From positions 476,410 to 505,650 of the forward strand of contig JAWBBK010000001.1 of the NCBI GenBank assembly GCA_038824665.1: DNA of 29,241 bases, written 5' to 3'. The stretch comes from Acidilobaceae archaeon. Its GTDB lineage: Archaea > Thermoproteota > Thermoprotei_A > Sulfolobales > Acidilobaceae. Below, in pieces: positions 8,997 to 17,529 of the stretch (position 1 is the first letter of the stretch; each line of letters opens with the position of its first letter). The notes beneath the pieces are model-generated. The model saw only the letters and a list, made by a program, of their open reading frames with translations, was not told where the DNA came from and made no database searches. Made by a program: the position numbers and the translations under genes.

Positions 8997-10108
8997 CGCC
9001 TCCCACCCAGAAGCTCGTCGTGAAGTCTACGAAGGATTAGATTGACGTCTTTCTTAGCTATTTGTATTTTTAAAACTGGTCTTCCTAGAGGTAGCTCTAA
9101 GCTTTCCACGTCTGCTCCAGCTTCTTTTATCACTTCGAGAACTTGAAGAACCTCTTTTGTTTTGTCTCCCAGCTCTCCCACGAGAGCTATAAGAGGACGA
9201 TTTGCGCTAGGAAGAGCTACGATCTTGAAGCCGTAGCGTAGAGACCTATTAGATATAGTGGTACCTTTCGATTCCCAAGAACGAACTCTTATCTCGATCG
9301 GGCTGACTTTAATGGGTGGCTCTAAAGCCTTAGGATTCATTCTCTTAACGCCGTTCAGCGAAGCCTCGAACGCTTCAACATAGCTTAAGCTATCTACAAC
9401 TCTAGCTGTAGGCACTAAACGAGGATCAGCACTCATCACTCCGTCTACATCTGTAACGAGTTCAGCATCTGCCTCTAGTATTGAAGCTATTGCTGTAGCT
9501 GTATAATCTGAGCCTCCGCGACCTAAGGTTGTCACCCTTCCGTGCGGTGTCGAACCTATGAAGCCTTCGAGAATAGGTATAGCTTCGCTCTCAATAGCTG
9601 CACGATACATCTTCTCTACTCTTGGCCTCGTCAACTCGTAATCTATGCTAGCGTCTCCATGTCTTTCGTTAGTAACTATTACGTCTCTGGAGTCTACTCC
9701 GAAAACCTTCAAGCCTTGAGCTTCTAGGACCTCCCTCATGATCATCTTACTAAGCCTCTCTCCGAAAGACAAGATGTAGTCCGTAAGAGCAGGAGAGTCA
9801 GGATCTCCTAGTCGCACAGCTCTTTCTAGCTCCAAAAGCTCCTCTTCTAATCTTCTCATGGTAGTCGTGGAACAAACTTCTCTACATATTTCTTTATATA
9901 AGCGATCTACTTCAATATATGCATCATAAGAGCCTCTGGCCGCTTGGAGAAGCAAGTCTGTCACGCCTCGAGCTGCTGAAACCACTACGATCAGCCTTTT
10001 GTCTCGACTTTCTCTCATTTCAACTATGTGTGTAGCCGCTTCTAAATAGGACTTAGAGTTTCGAAGAAGAGAGCCACCGACTTTTACAACTACTGCCTCT
10101 CTCGCCAC
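8993..10108 (-). CDS. lysC: Aspartate kinase
   Basis: VVKVGGS, VVSA..GVTD, SFGERLS, TTLGRGGSDYTA and TDVDGVMSADP motifs. Confidence 0.95.
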   Translation of the reverse strand: MAREAVVVKVGGSLLRNSKSYLEAATHIVEMRESRDKRLIVVVSAARGVTDLLLQAARGSYDAYIEVDRLYKEICREVCSTTTMRRLEEELLELERAVRLGDPDSPALTDYILSFGERLSKMIMREVLEAQGLKVFGVDSRDVIVTNERHGDASIDYELTRPRVEKMYRAAIESEAIPILEGFIGSTPHGRVTTLGRGGSDYTATAIASILEADAELVTDVDGVMSADPRLVPTARVVDSLSYVEAFEASLNGVKRMNPKALEPPIKVSPIEIRVRSWESKGTTISNRSLRYGFKIVALPSANRPLIALVGELGDKTKEVLQVLEVIKEAGADVESLELPLGRPVLKIQIAKKDVNLILRRLHDELLGGRR

Positions 10109-10109
10109 G

Positions 10110-11138
10110 TTATCTCATCACCTCGATGGCTAAGCTCAAAACGTCATCAAGAAGCGTATGAGCGGTCTCTAGAGTTCCTCCGCCTCTCCCAATCAGCGCA
10201 ACATTTCCTACGTCTGTCTCGATAACTACTCCGTTATCTAGCCCTTTTACGTTAGCTAGAAGCGACCCTTTCGATAAGGCCTTTACCGCAACCTCAGCTC
10301 GACTCTTTTTCACATCTAGTTCTGCCACATACTTCAAAACCTGTCCTCGTTTGGCTACGAAAACCACATCTCTTAGAGTCACTGAGTCTAAAGGTTCTAT
10401 CTTTATGTTCTCTAGCCTTACGGGATATCCTACTAGATGAGAAACGATCGTGAGCTTAGCTGCTGAATCTAGCCCCTTTATATCGAGAGAGGGGTCTGGC
10501 TCAGCTACCCCTATAGCCTGAGCCTCGCGAAGAGCTCTTTCGAACTCCATTAGCTCTTCTTGCATTAATGTGAGTATGTAGTTAGTTGTAGCGTTAAGAA
10601 TCCCCTCTATTCTGATCACCTCACGACTTCGCATTGAAGACAGCATGGATATGAATGGCGATCCACCCATAACTGTAGCTCCAAACTTCACTATCGCGTT
10701 CTTAGTTTTCGCTATACTCATTATCTCCTCAAACCGTAAGGCAAGCGGTGCTTTATTGGCAGTCACTACATGAATCCCTCTATTTAAAGCTGTCTTGATG
10801 TGTGAGAGTCCAGGTTCTCCTGTCTCATAGTTAGAAGGCGTGACCTCTACATGTACGTCTGGCTGAGTCTCCTCAAGAAGCACATCTAAGTTTGTGCCTT
10901 CTCTTCCGTAAGGCTTGAAGTCCTTCAGTCCAGACCTTGGAGCTTCCACCATTTTCATTAATTCGTAAGGAGTGAAGCCGTCGCGTTTTATAGCTATACC
11001 TTTAGAGTCTGCAACTCCTACTATTTTAATCGAAATCTCATATCTTTTAGCTAGCTCTTCTTGCTTTACAGCTACAGCTTTAACAAAAGACCTACCTACG
11101 CCCCCAAAGCCTGCTATAGTTACTTTAACTATCTTCAA
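10110..11138 (-). CDS. hom: Homoserine dehydrogenase
   Basis: GFGGVG, HVVTANK, GILNATTNYIL and AEPDPSLDI.G.DSAAK motifs. Confidence 0.96.
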   Translation of the reverse strand: MKIVKVTIAGFGGVGRSFVKAVAVKQEELAKRYEISIKIVGVADSKGIAIKRDGFTPYELMKMVEAPRSGLKDFKPYGREGTNLDVLLEETQPDVHVEVTPSNYETGEPGLSHIKTALNRGIHVVTANKAPLALRFEEIMSIAKTKNAIVKFGATVMGGSPFISMLSSMRSREVIRIEGILNATTNYILTLMQEELMEFERALREAQAIGVAEPDPSLDIKGLDSAAKLTIVSHLVGYPVRLENIKIEPLDSVTLRDVVFVAKRGQVLKYVAELDVKKSRAEVAVKALSKGSLLANVKGLDNGVVIETDVGNVALIGRGGGTLETAHTLLDDVLSLAIEVMR

Positions 11139-12069
11139 AGTCCACCACCTTCGCTCCTCTACTTGAAACCTCGCTCACTATTGTCTCAACAGATACTCCT
11201 TTATTCTCAAGATATCTCTTGAGTTCTTCCGCGATCTGAGCTGTTTTCTCTGAGCTTTCGGTAAAGAAGAACACAGAAGGACCTGCTCCGCTTATATTGA
11301 AGCCCAAGGCACCTAACTCTAAAGCTAGTTTCTTAAGTTCATTGTAATAAGGTATGATTTGTGACCTTCTAGGCTCAGCTATTAGGTCAAAAGAAACGGC
11401 TTCTCCTAACTTCTTGAGGTCTCCTGAGAGAAGCGCATAGACGAGCTTAGCTACGTTAAAGGATTGAAGTACCTGGTCCTCTAGGCTTATAGCACGTGGA
11501 AGCAAAGACCTAGCGTACTCTGTCTTTCCACTTGGAAGCTCAATAAGAGGAACTACTATTCCTACCGGTATTCTCATAGGAGGCTCTATTCTAATGAACT
11601 CATCTCCACGAGGGTTCGAGATCACGAAACCTCCTAAAAGGCTTGCAGCTACGTTATCGAAATGTCGTGCTTTTGAAGCATGCTCTTCTCCTCTTACGGC
11701 TATAGAGAGGAGATCTTTTTCGTTGAGTTCTATTCCGAAAAGCGTTGAAAGAGCTTTGGCTGTAGCTACAGCTGAAGCAGCTGAGCTACCGAGCCCTTTT
11801 GCTGGAGGAACCTTTTTGTTTATCACTATATCCAGACCGACGTCTAGAAGCCCGAATTCTTCAAGAAAAGCTTTAGCTACAGCATATGCTACATTAGCCT
11901 CTCCTGATGGAACTCTGGGATCCAAAGACTTAACCCGTATGTCTGACGAATCTTCTCTGAGAACGACCTTTACTATATCTCTAGGACCTTCTAGAGCAAA
12001 GCTCAGAATATCGAAACCTGGGCCTACGTTGGCCACAGTTGCAGGCGAAGAGACAACAACGCTTTTCAA
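11125..12069 (-). CDS. thrB: Homoserine kinase
   Basis: PATVANVGPGFD, PAKGLGSSAAS (GHMP kinase), HFDNVAAS and ISGAGPS motifs. Confidence 0.96.
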   Translation of the reverse strand: MKSVVVSSPATVANVGPGFDILSFALEGPRDIVKVVLREDSSDIRVKSLDPRVPSGEANVAYAVAKAFLEEFGLLDVGLDIVINKKVPPAKGLGSSAASAVATAKALSTLFGIELNEKDLLSIAVRGEEHASKARHFDNVAASLLGGFVISNPRGDEFIRIEPPMRIPVGIVVPLIELPSGKTEYARSLLPRAISLEDQVLQSFNVAKLVYALLSGDLKKLGEAVSFDLIAEPRRSQIIPYYNELKKLALELGALGFNISGAGPSVFFFTESSEKTAQIAEELKRYLENKGVSVETIVSEVSSRGAKVVDFEDS

Positions 12070-12146
12070 AACGCCTTTACCGATAGACCTCCTTCCAAGT
12101 CCGAACGACCCCCCAACGTTTTCAATGTTTGGCGCAAACGAGCCAC
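12066..12146 (-). CDS. Putative 26-aa leader peptide/uORF coupled to thrB (MARLRQTLKTLGGRSDLEGGLSVKAF)
   Basis: GTG with AAGGAG 6 nt upstream; its TGA overlaps the thrB TTG (TTGA); lies just downstream of a TATA-like element. Confidence 0.35.
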   Translation of the reverse strand: MARLRQTLKTLGGRSDLEGGLSVKAF

Positions 12147-12174
12147 CTTTAGCTCCTTGGCTAACGAATCAGAG

Positions 12175-12203
12175 CTTAAATATTTGTCGGTAATATCGGA
12201 CAA
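12175..12203 (-). promoter_or_regulatory. Putative TATA box of the thr operon with an adjacent TTGTC-N10-GACAA dyad
   Basis: Minus strand reads AAATATTTAAG at 12175-12185; inverted repeat at 12184-12188/12199-12203. Confidence 0.35.
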
Positions 12204-12286
12204 CAACGAATAAGCTTTAATGTCAAGAGCTTCGTTATCTCAAGACTAGATAAGGGTTGAAGCTGGTTTTGTGATAGAGGCTATAG

Positions 12287-12967
12287 TTGATCGAGTACAT
12301 CCATTGTTTAGCTGTCCTCGTTTTTCTATCGATCGCGGGAATCATGGACCTCAGGTCGAGAGAAACGCCTCCTTTCCTCTGGGCGTTAGCAACCATTATA
12401 TCGATGCCCTTAGCCTTTTACTCTTATAGAACTCTAAGCTTGAGCTTTGTGCAGATAGTCATCTCGATTATGCTTTCGCTTTCTGTCACGCTTGTTGTGT
12501 ACGTTCTTTACAAAAAATGTATGATGGGAGGAGCTGACGTTTTGGCCTTACTCTTTCTATCTCTTTGCTCGCCTGTTCTACCGGACTCTATAGTCCCAGC
12601 TCCTTTTCTAACGATAATATATGCGTCTATACCTGGTTTCATATATCACGTCTACTCAGTCAAGCTGGTATGTAAAGACCTTAGCTGTTTCTTAAAACAT
12701 CGTTTCGAAGTTCCGGCTAAGAGGCTTGCTGAGGACCCTCGTTTGCGTTGGTGGATGATAGTTGATGGCGAAAGCTCCTGTGTAATAGACGTAGATACGC
12801 CTACGCTTGCCGCTTCTCTCGCTAGAGAAAACCCAGAAAGGTTGGTGAAAGCGACTCCAGGACATCCTTATGTGACTCATCTAGCTATAGGTTACGCTAT
12901 TGCTTGTGCTATCAAGGACTTCCCTATTCTTGCCTTATTAGTGACTATTCAAAGCCTCTCTTTCTAG
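12287..12967 (+). CDS. A24 family prepilin/preflagellin peptidase (FlaK/PibD-like)
   Basis: Membrane protein with both catalytic Asp motifs (IMDLRSRE, MMGGADV) and a C-terminal V.ATPG.P segment. Confidence 0.8.
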   Translation: MIEYIHCLAVLVFLSIAGIMDLRSRETPPFLWALATIISMPLAFYSYRTLSLSFVQIVISIMLSLSVTLVVYVLYKKCMMGGADVLALLFLSLCSPVLPDSIVPAPFLTIIYASIPGFIYHVYSVKLVCKDLSCFLKHRFEVPAKRLAEDPRLRWWMIVDGESSCVIDVDTPTLAASLARENPERLVKATPGHPYVTHLAIGYAIACAIKDFPILALLVTIQSLSF

Positions 12968-12996
12968 TCTAGTTAGATCGCAGAGGGCGATGTCTG

Positions 12997-14325
12997 CTGA
13001 GAGTGCTCTTGATTCATGCGGAAAGGTTCTCGTACAAGCCTGAGGCTGAAGCTCTAGAAAGTCCTCCAGATCCTCCAACGTCTAGAAGCTTTGAGAACTG
13101 TCTCGTAGTTTTTGTCTCAGTGGAAGAAGGCGATGGAGTCGAAGAAGCCAAGCTTGCCGCAATGGACGCTGTAAACCACGCTAGAATCATTAAAGCCGAC
13201 AGCATCGTGATCTATCCCTATGCACATCTCTCAAGCAGACTTGCGAGACCCGAAGAGGCCTATAAAGTGCTTCTAGAGATAGAGAAGAACGTCGCCAGCC
13301 TTTGGGACAAAGTAGTGGCTAGAGCTCCTTTTGGTTGGTATAAGTCTTTCGAACTCTCTTGCAAAGGACATCCTCTAGCTGAGCTATCTCGGTCTTTCAT
13401 AGGAGCCCAAGAGGTCAGATACAAAGGGGTAGCTTTTGAAGAAGTTGTCGCTAAAGGTCTAGCTGAGGAGAGTTATTTAAAGAAGAACCCATGGAGAAAA
13501 GATGTGCTTGAAACCTATTCTAGATTGAAATTCGATTCCCTTTGGGGAAGGAGAGCCAGACTCGAGTTAGAAGAGAGAGCTTGTAAGAAGTTAGAGCTGA
13601 AAAAAGTCTCTAAAGTAGAAGAACCTAAGTGGTTGTATGGACTTTGGGGAGTTGCGTCTTTAGCTTCTCTTTGTTCTAAGCTAGAGCCTGGCACTTTAGC
13701 CCTTTGGGGCGATTTGAGCGAGTCTTTAGCCTCAACTGCTCGAGACCCTCTAAACTTTCTAAGCGAGATAAGCCCAGAACTGCTCTCAAGACTTGAAGAA
13801 ATCAAATTAGGACCTGAAGCTCTAAGCGTCTCAGGACTTGAAGGAGTAGCGTATGCGTACAAGACCAGAGACGGAGGGTTAGCTCCTCTAGTATTCGATT
13901 TAGGTTCCATTAAGTGTGTCGGACCTTTCTCTTCGCTATTGCTAAGCCTCATCGATTTAGGGCTCAGAATAGCTGAAAGCGGTAAAACTCCTTACCTACC
14001 GTTCTGGCTTTCGCCCATTCAGATCGCTCTCCTGCCCGTCTCAGAAAAACAGTTGAGCTACGTAGAACGTGTTGTCAATGAGCTTGAAAACATAGAAGTG
14101 AGAGTTGTGGTGATGAAAGAAGGAGGGCTAGGCTCGAGGATAAGAGATGCCGGTAGAAGCTGGATTCCAATAGTAGCAGTTGTTGGAGACAGAGAGGTTG
14201 AAACCGAGACTCTTTCGATAAGAAAGAGATGGGAAGAAGGAAGACAAGAAGTGGTTCCTCTAAGCGAGTTTCTCTCTATTGTGAGAGACCTCAAGAAGAA
14301 GAACATACCTCAAGGTGAGTTCTGA
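12997..14325 (+). CDS. Freestanding threonyl-tRNA synthetase editing protein (archaeal editing domain plus anticodon-binding domain, no catalytic core)
   Basis: LLIHAE, IYPYAHLSS.LA, RAPFGWYKSF.LSCKGHPLAELSR; C-terminal LPFWLSPIQ...WIP...VGDRE; too short and lacking class II catalytic motifs. Start is CTG 12997 (MRVLLIH) or GTG 13003. Confidence 0.9.
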   Translation: MRVLLIHAERFSYKPEAEALESPPDPPTSRSFENCLVVFVSVEEGDGVEEAKLAAMDAVNHARIIKADSIVIYPYAHLSSRLARPEEAYKVLLEIEKNVASLWDKVVARAPFGWYKSFELSCKGHPLAELSRSFIGAQEVRYKGVAFEEVVAKGLAEESYLKKNPWRKDVLETYSRLKFDSLWGRRARLELEERACKKLELKKVSKVEEPKWLYGLWGVASLASLCSKLEPGTLALWGDLSESLASTARDPLNFLSEISPELLSRLEEIKLGPEALSVSGLEGVAYAYKTRDGGLAPLVFDLGSIKCVGPFSSLLLSLIDLGLRIAESGKTPYLPFWLSPIQIALLPVSEKQLSYVERVVNELENIEVRVVVMKEGGLGSRIRDAGRSWIPIVAVVGDREVETETLSIRKRWEEGRQEVVPLSEFLSIVRDLKKKNIPQGEF

Positions 14326-15548
14326 TGCAGTCAGTTAATGAAAGAAGAAACGAACTTAGTAAGAAAGTCGCTATAAGCTTAGTCTTCAGAGAGAACCCAG
14401 AGCTCGCGCTAAAGCTAAGAGAGTATATAAACAAACTCTTTGAGAAGCTGAAAGAAAAGAACGGCTCTAACTTTAAGCTCAAGATCATGGACTTCTGTGG
14501 TACACATGAATGGACCATAACTCATTATGGTTTAAGGAGCTTGATGCCTGAAGGACTAGAACTCGTAGCCGGTCCAGGCTGTCCTGTCTGCATAACTCCT
14601 TCTAAAGACGTAGAGGCAGTTGTAAAGCTCTCTCTTGAAGGCGTAACTGTCTACACGTATGGAGATGCCTATAGGCTGAGAGCTCTTAACCCCGTTAACG
14701 GAGCTTACTCGCTTTCTGACGCAAAGACGTTAGGAGGCGATGTAAGAGTAGTGACAAGCTTTTACGATGCTGTAGTAAATGCCAAAAAGCTCGGAAAAGC
14801 GTCTGTGTTCTTCGCTATAGGATTTGAAACTGTAGCTCCAGGCTATGCTAAAGCTCTGTTAGCTAGAGCTGTGCCTGAGAACTTGAAGATCCTCAGCTCC
14901 GTTAGACTCACGCCTCCAGCTATGTTCTATTCTTTGAGTATACTGAGAGAAAAGCCTCCAGAACCTCCTGTCATGGGAGTCATAGCTCCAGGCCACGTAT
15001 CGACGATCGTAGGAGCTAAAGCTTGGGTTCCTGTAGCTGAAGCTTTTGAGATACCGGTGGTGATAGCGGGCTTTGAGCCAATAGACGTGCTATTAGCTAT
15101 AGCTTCTATACTAAGACAGTTGCTTCAGAGAAAAGCTGAAGTAGAGATCGAGTACAAGAGAGCTGTGACGTTTGATGGAGATTTGAGCGCACAATCAGCT
15201 ATAGCTAAAGTTTTTGAAACCGTAGACGCTGCTTGGAGAGGTATAGGGTTTCTTCCAAGAAGCGGACTAGAGCTAAGAGAAGAGTACTCAGAATATAATG
15301 CGAGAAGAGAATATGGGATCAAGCCTGAAGGTCCTCAAGAATGGAGGAAGGACACACCGCCAGGTTGCAAGTGTGCAGAAGTGGTCTTAGGTAAAGCTAA
15401 GCCTACAGACTGTCCTTTGTTCATGAAGGCATGTACGCCAAGTAATCCCTATGGTCCTTGTATGGTATCTTCTGAAGGGACTTGCGCTATTTGGGCTCGA
15501 TTTGGCGGCTGGGCTGTTGAAGATATAGCTAGAGAACTAGAGATTTGA
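14325..15548 (+). CDS. hypD: [NiFe]-hydrogenase maturation protein HypD
   Basis: CGTHE, GPGCPVC, GFET, PGHVS and the C-terminal Cys cluster (C.C...CPLF...CMVSSEG.C). Confidence 0.97.
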   Translation: MQSVNERRNELSKKVAISLVFRENPELALKLREYINKLFEKLKEKNGSNFKLKIMDFCGTHEWTITHYGLRSLMPEGLELVAGPGCPVCITPSKDVEAVVKLSLEGVTVYTYGDAYRLRALNPVNGAYSLSDAKTLGGDVRVVTSFYDAVVNAKKLGKASVFFAIGFETVAPGYAKALLARAVPENLKILSSVRLTPPAMFYSLSILREKPPEPPVMGVIAPGHVSTIVGAKAWVPVAEAFEIPVVIAGFEPIDVLLAIASILRQLLQRKAEVEIEYKRAVTFDGDLSAQSAIAKVFETVDAAWRGIGFLPRSGLELREEYSEYNARREYGIKPEGPQEWRKDTPPGCKCAEVVLGKAKPTDCPLFMKACTPSNPYGPCMVSSEGTCAIWARFGGWAVEDIARELEI

Positions 15549-15564
15549 AATTAGGGTAGCTCTA

Positions 15565-15882
15565 ATGTGCTGGGGAACGCCCGCTATAATAACTAGAGTT
15601 GTTGACGACCTAGTTGCTGAAGTCGATTTCGGAGATGGAGTAACGAGAAGAGCGATCTTGGGACTGTCCTCCGATAAAGTCAGCTCTGGAGACGTAGTGA
15701 TCGTTCACGCTGGCGTGATAGTTTCAAAGCTAACGTATGAGGAGATCGAAGACCTAATGAGATATCTGTTAGAGCTCTCCTCTCTAGCTGGAGAAGACCC
15801 TCCACAAGACCTTATGAAGAAGCTCGAGAAAATCCTCGAGGCAGCAAAGACTGCAAAAGGAGGTAGCGGTAATGATCGATAA
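15565..15882 (+). CDS. hypC: Hydrogenase maturation chaperone HypC
   Basis: N-terminal MC.G.PA and GDVVIVHAG; extended helical C-terminus. Confidence 0.93.
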   Translation: MCWGTPAIITRVVDDLVAEVDFGDGVTRRAILGLSSDKVSSGDVVIVHAGVIVSKLTYEEIEDLMRYLLELSSLAGEDPPQDLMKKLEKILEAAKTAKGGSGNDR

Positions 15883-16918
15883 ACGCGTAAGGCTAGCCCA
15901 CGGTTCTGGAGGCGTGGAGATGCATGAACTCATAGAGAAGGTGATATTCTCTAAAGCCAAAAAGAAGAAGACTGAAGGAGGGCTAGGTATAGACCATCCT
16001 GACGACGGAGCTCTCATCCCTCTCGGCAACGGAGAGTATTTAGTAGTGTCTACAGATAGCTATACAGTAAACCCTCCTTTCTTTCCAGGAGGGAACATAG
16101 GGACTCTAGCTGCCTCCGGCTCTATAAACGATGTGCTTATGATGGGAGGAAGGCCTATAGCTGCTCTCGACTCTATAGTCGTAGAGGAAGGCTTTCCACT
16201 TAGCGATTTAGAGACCATAGTTCAGTCCATGCTTGAAGTTTTCAACAATGAAGATGTAGCTGTGATAGGTGGAGACTTTAAAGTAATGCCTAAAGGCTCG
16301 CTAGACAAAATAGTGATAAACACTACGGTTATGGGAGTAACTAAGAAGCCTATAGTCGATAGGCTTCAAGAAGGAGACAAGATAGTGGTGGCAGACTATC
16401 TCGGCGATCATGGAGCAGTGATTCTCCTTTTACAGATGGGATTAGAGAGCAGAGTCGAAGAGCTTGAAAGAGGAACGCTAAAAAGCGATGTGAAGTCTCT
16501 CACTAAGCTCATGTTGCCTCTGATAGAAAGATATGGAGAGTTCATACATGCTGCTCGAGACCCTACGAGAGGTGGGCTAGCTGGAGTTCTTAACGAATGG
16601 GTTAAAGGTTCAAGCTTCGCTATAGTGGTGAACGAGAGCGAAATTCCCATAAGAGCTCCAGTTAGAGACTATGCTGAAATGCTTGGAATAGACCCGCTAT
16701 ACCTGGCTAGCGAAGGAAACGCTGTGCTCTCTGTAGATAAGAGCATAGCCGATGAAGTAGTGGAGTTCATGAAAAGCTTGGGCTTTGAAAACGCTAGAGT
16801 TATCGGAGAAGTCAAAAAGAGCGAAAAGCGAGGAGGCTATGTGTTTATGAAGACCGTGGTTGGAGGTCTTAGAGTTCTAGAGCCGCCGAGAGGAGAGCTG
16901 GTTCCTAGAATATGTTGA
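15872..16918 (+). CDS. hypE: Carbamoyl dehydratase HypE
   Basis: LAHGSGG, STDSY.V.PPFFPGGNIG, GGDFKV, RDPTRGG and terminal PRIC. Confidence 0.97.
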   Translation: MIDKRVRLAHGSGGVEMHELIEKVIFSKAKKKKTEGGLGIDHPDDGALIPLGNGEYLVVSTDSYTVNPPFFPGGNIGTLAASGSINDVLMMGGRPIAALDSIVVEEGFPLSDLETIVQSMLEVFNNEDVAVIGGDFKVMPKGSLDKIVINTTVMGVTKKPIVDRLQEGDKIVVADYLGDHGAVILLLQMGLESRVEELERGTLKSDVKSLTKLMLPLIERYGEFIHAARDPTRGGLAGVLNEWVKGSSFAIVVNESEIPIRAPVRDYAEMLGIDPLYLASEGNAVLSVDKSIADEVVEFMKSLGFENARVIGEVKKSEKRGGYVFMKTVVGGLRVLEPPRGELVPRIC

Positions 16919-16927
16919 GGGTTTGAG

Positions 16928-17518
16928 ATGCCGAAACGGCTTCGTATAGGACCTTTGCTTCTTGAAAGAGAAGGTCTAGCTGGAGTTAGAATCTTCGACC
17001 TAGCAAGCGAAGTCGCGCTTTGTATAGACGTGTTAAGCCCAGAAGGCTGTAAGTATAAACTGTACACACACTCTCATCCTAACCATTTTCCTGAAAGAGC
17101 TCCACTTGACGCCTTTTCTCCTGCAGGTCCTTTTTTGGTTCGTCCAGGAGAGACTTTGAATCTGCCTCCTTTCGAGATCTTGACAGTTCATGCATATAAT
17201 AGAGAAGATCTGGGAAGACCTCCTAGACACAAAAAAGGAGAGAGCGTAGGCTATTTGGTATCTCATGGAAGACACAAAGTCTATCACGTAGGAGACTCAG
17301 ACCTAGTTTCTGAGATAGTGTCCTTAAGAGAGTTCAAAATAGACGTAGCGTTAGTCCCTATAGGAGGGAGTTCAGTTATGAACGTTGAAGAAGCCTTTGA
17401 GTTCGTGAAGAGCTTAAGGCCTTCGATAGCTGTACCGATACACTACAGCTCTCTAAGAGATGCTGAGAAGTTCAAGCTTCTTTCACATGTCTACACTCAA
17501 ATAGTAATCTTGTCTTAG
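16928..17518 (+). CDS. MBL-fold metallo-hydrolase
   Basis: THSHPNH (HxHxDH variant), YHVGDS, LVPIGG and VPIHY motifs. Confidence 0.8.
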   Translation: MPKRLRIGPLLLEREGLAGVRIFDLASEVALCIDVLSPEGCKYKLYTHSHPNHFPERAPLDAFSPAGPFLVRPGETLNLPPFEILTVHAYNREDLGRPPRHKKGESVGYLVSHGRHKVYHVGDSDLVSEIVSLREFKIDVALVPIGGSSVMNVEEAFEFVKSLRPSIAVPIHYSSLRDAEKFKLLSHVYTQIVILS

Positions 17519-17529
17519 AGGGCTCAGCC

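Noticed and set aside
12102-12115. CGAACGACCCCCCA matching CGAGCGACCCCCCA at 28992-29005 (13/14)
   Set aside because: Short, half of it is a C-run, and the contexts differ; compatible with chance
8305-12193. Plus-strand ORFs over the thr operon, including the 199-aa ORF 11594-12193, and the nested 8392-8577 ORF
   Set aside because: Antisense or out-of-frame shadows of asd/lysC/hom/thrB; Ser/Pro/Thr-rich with no family features
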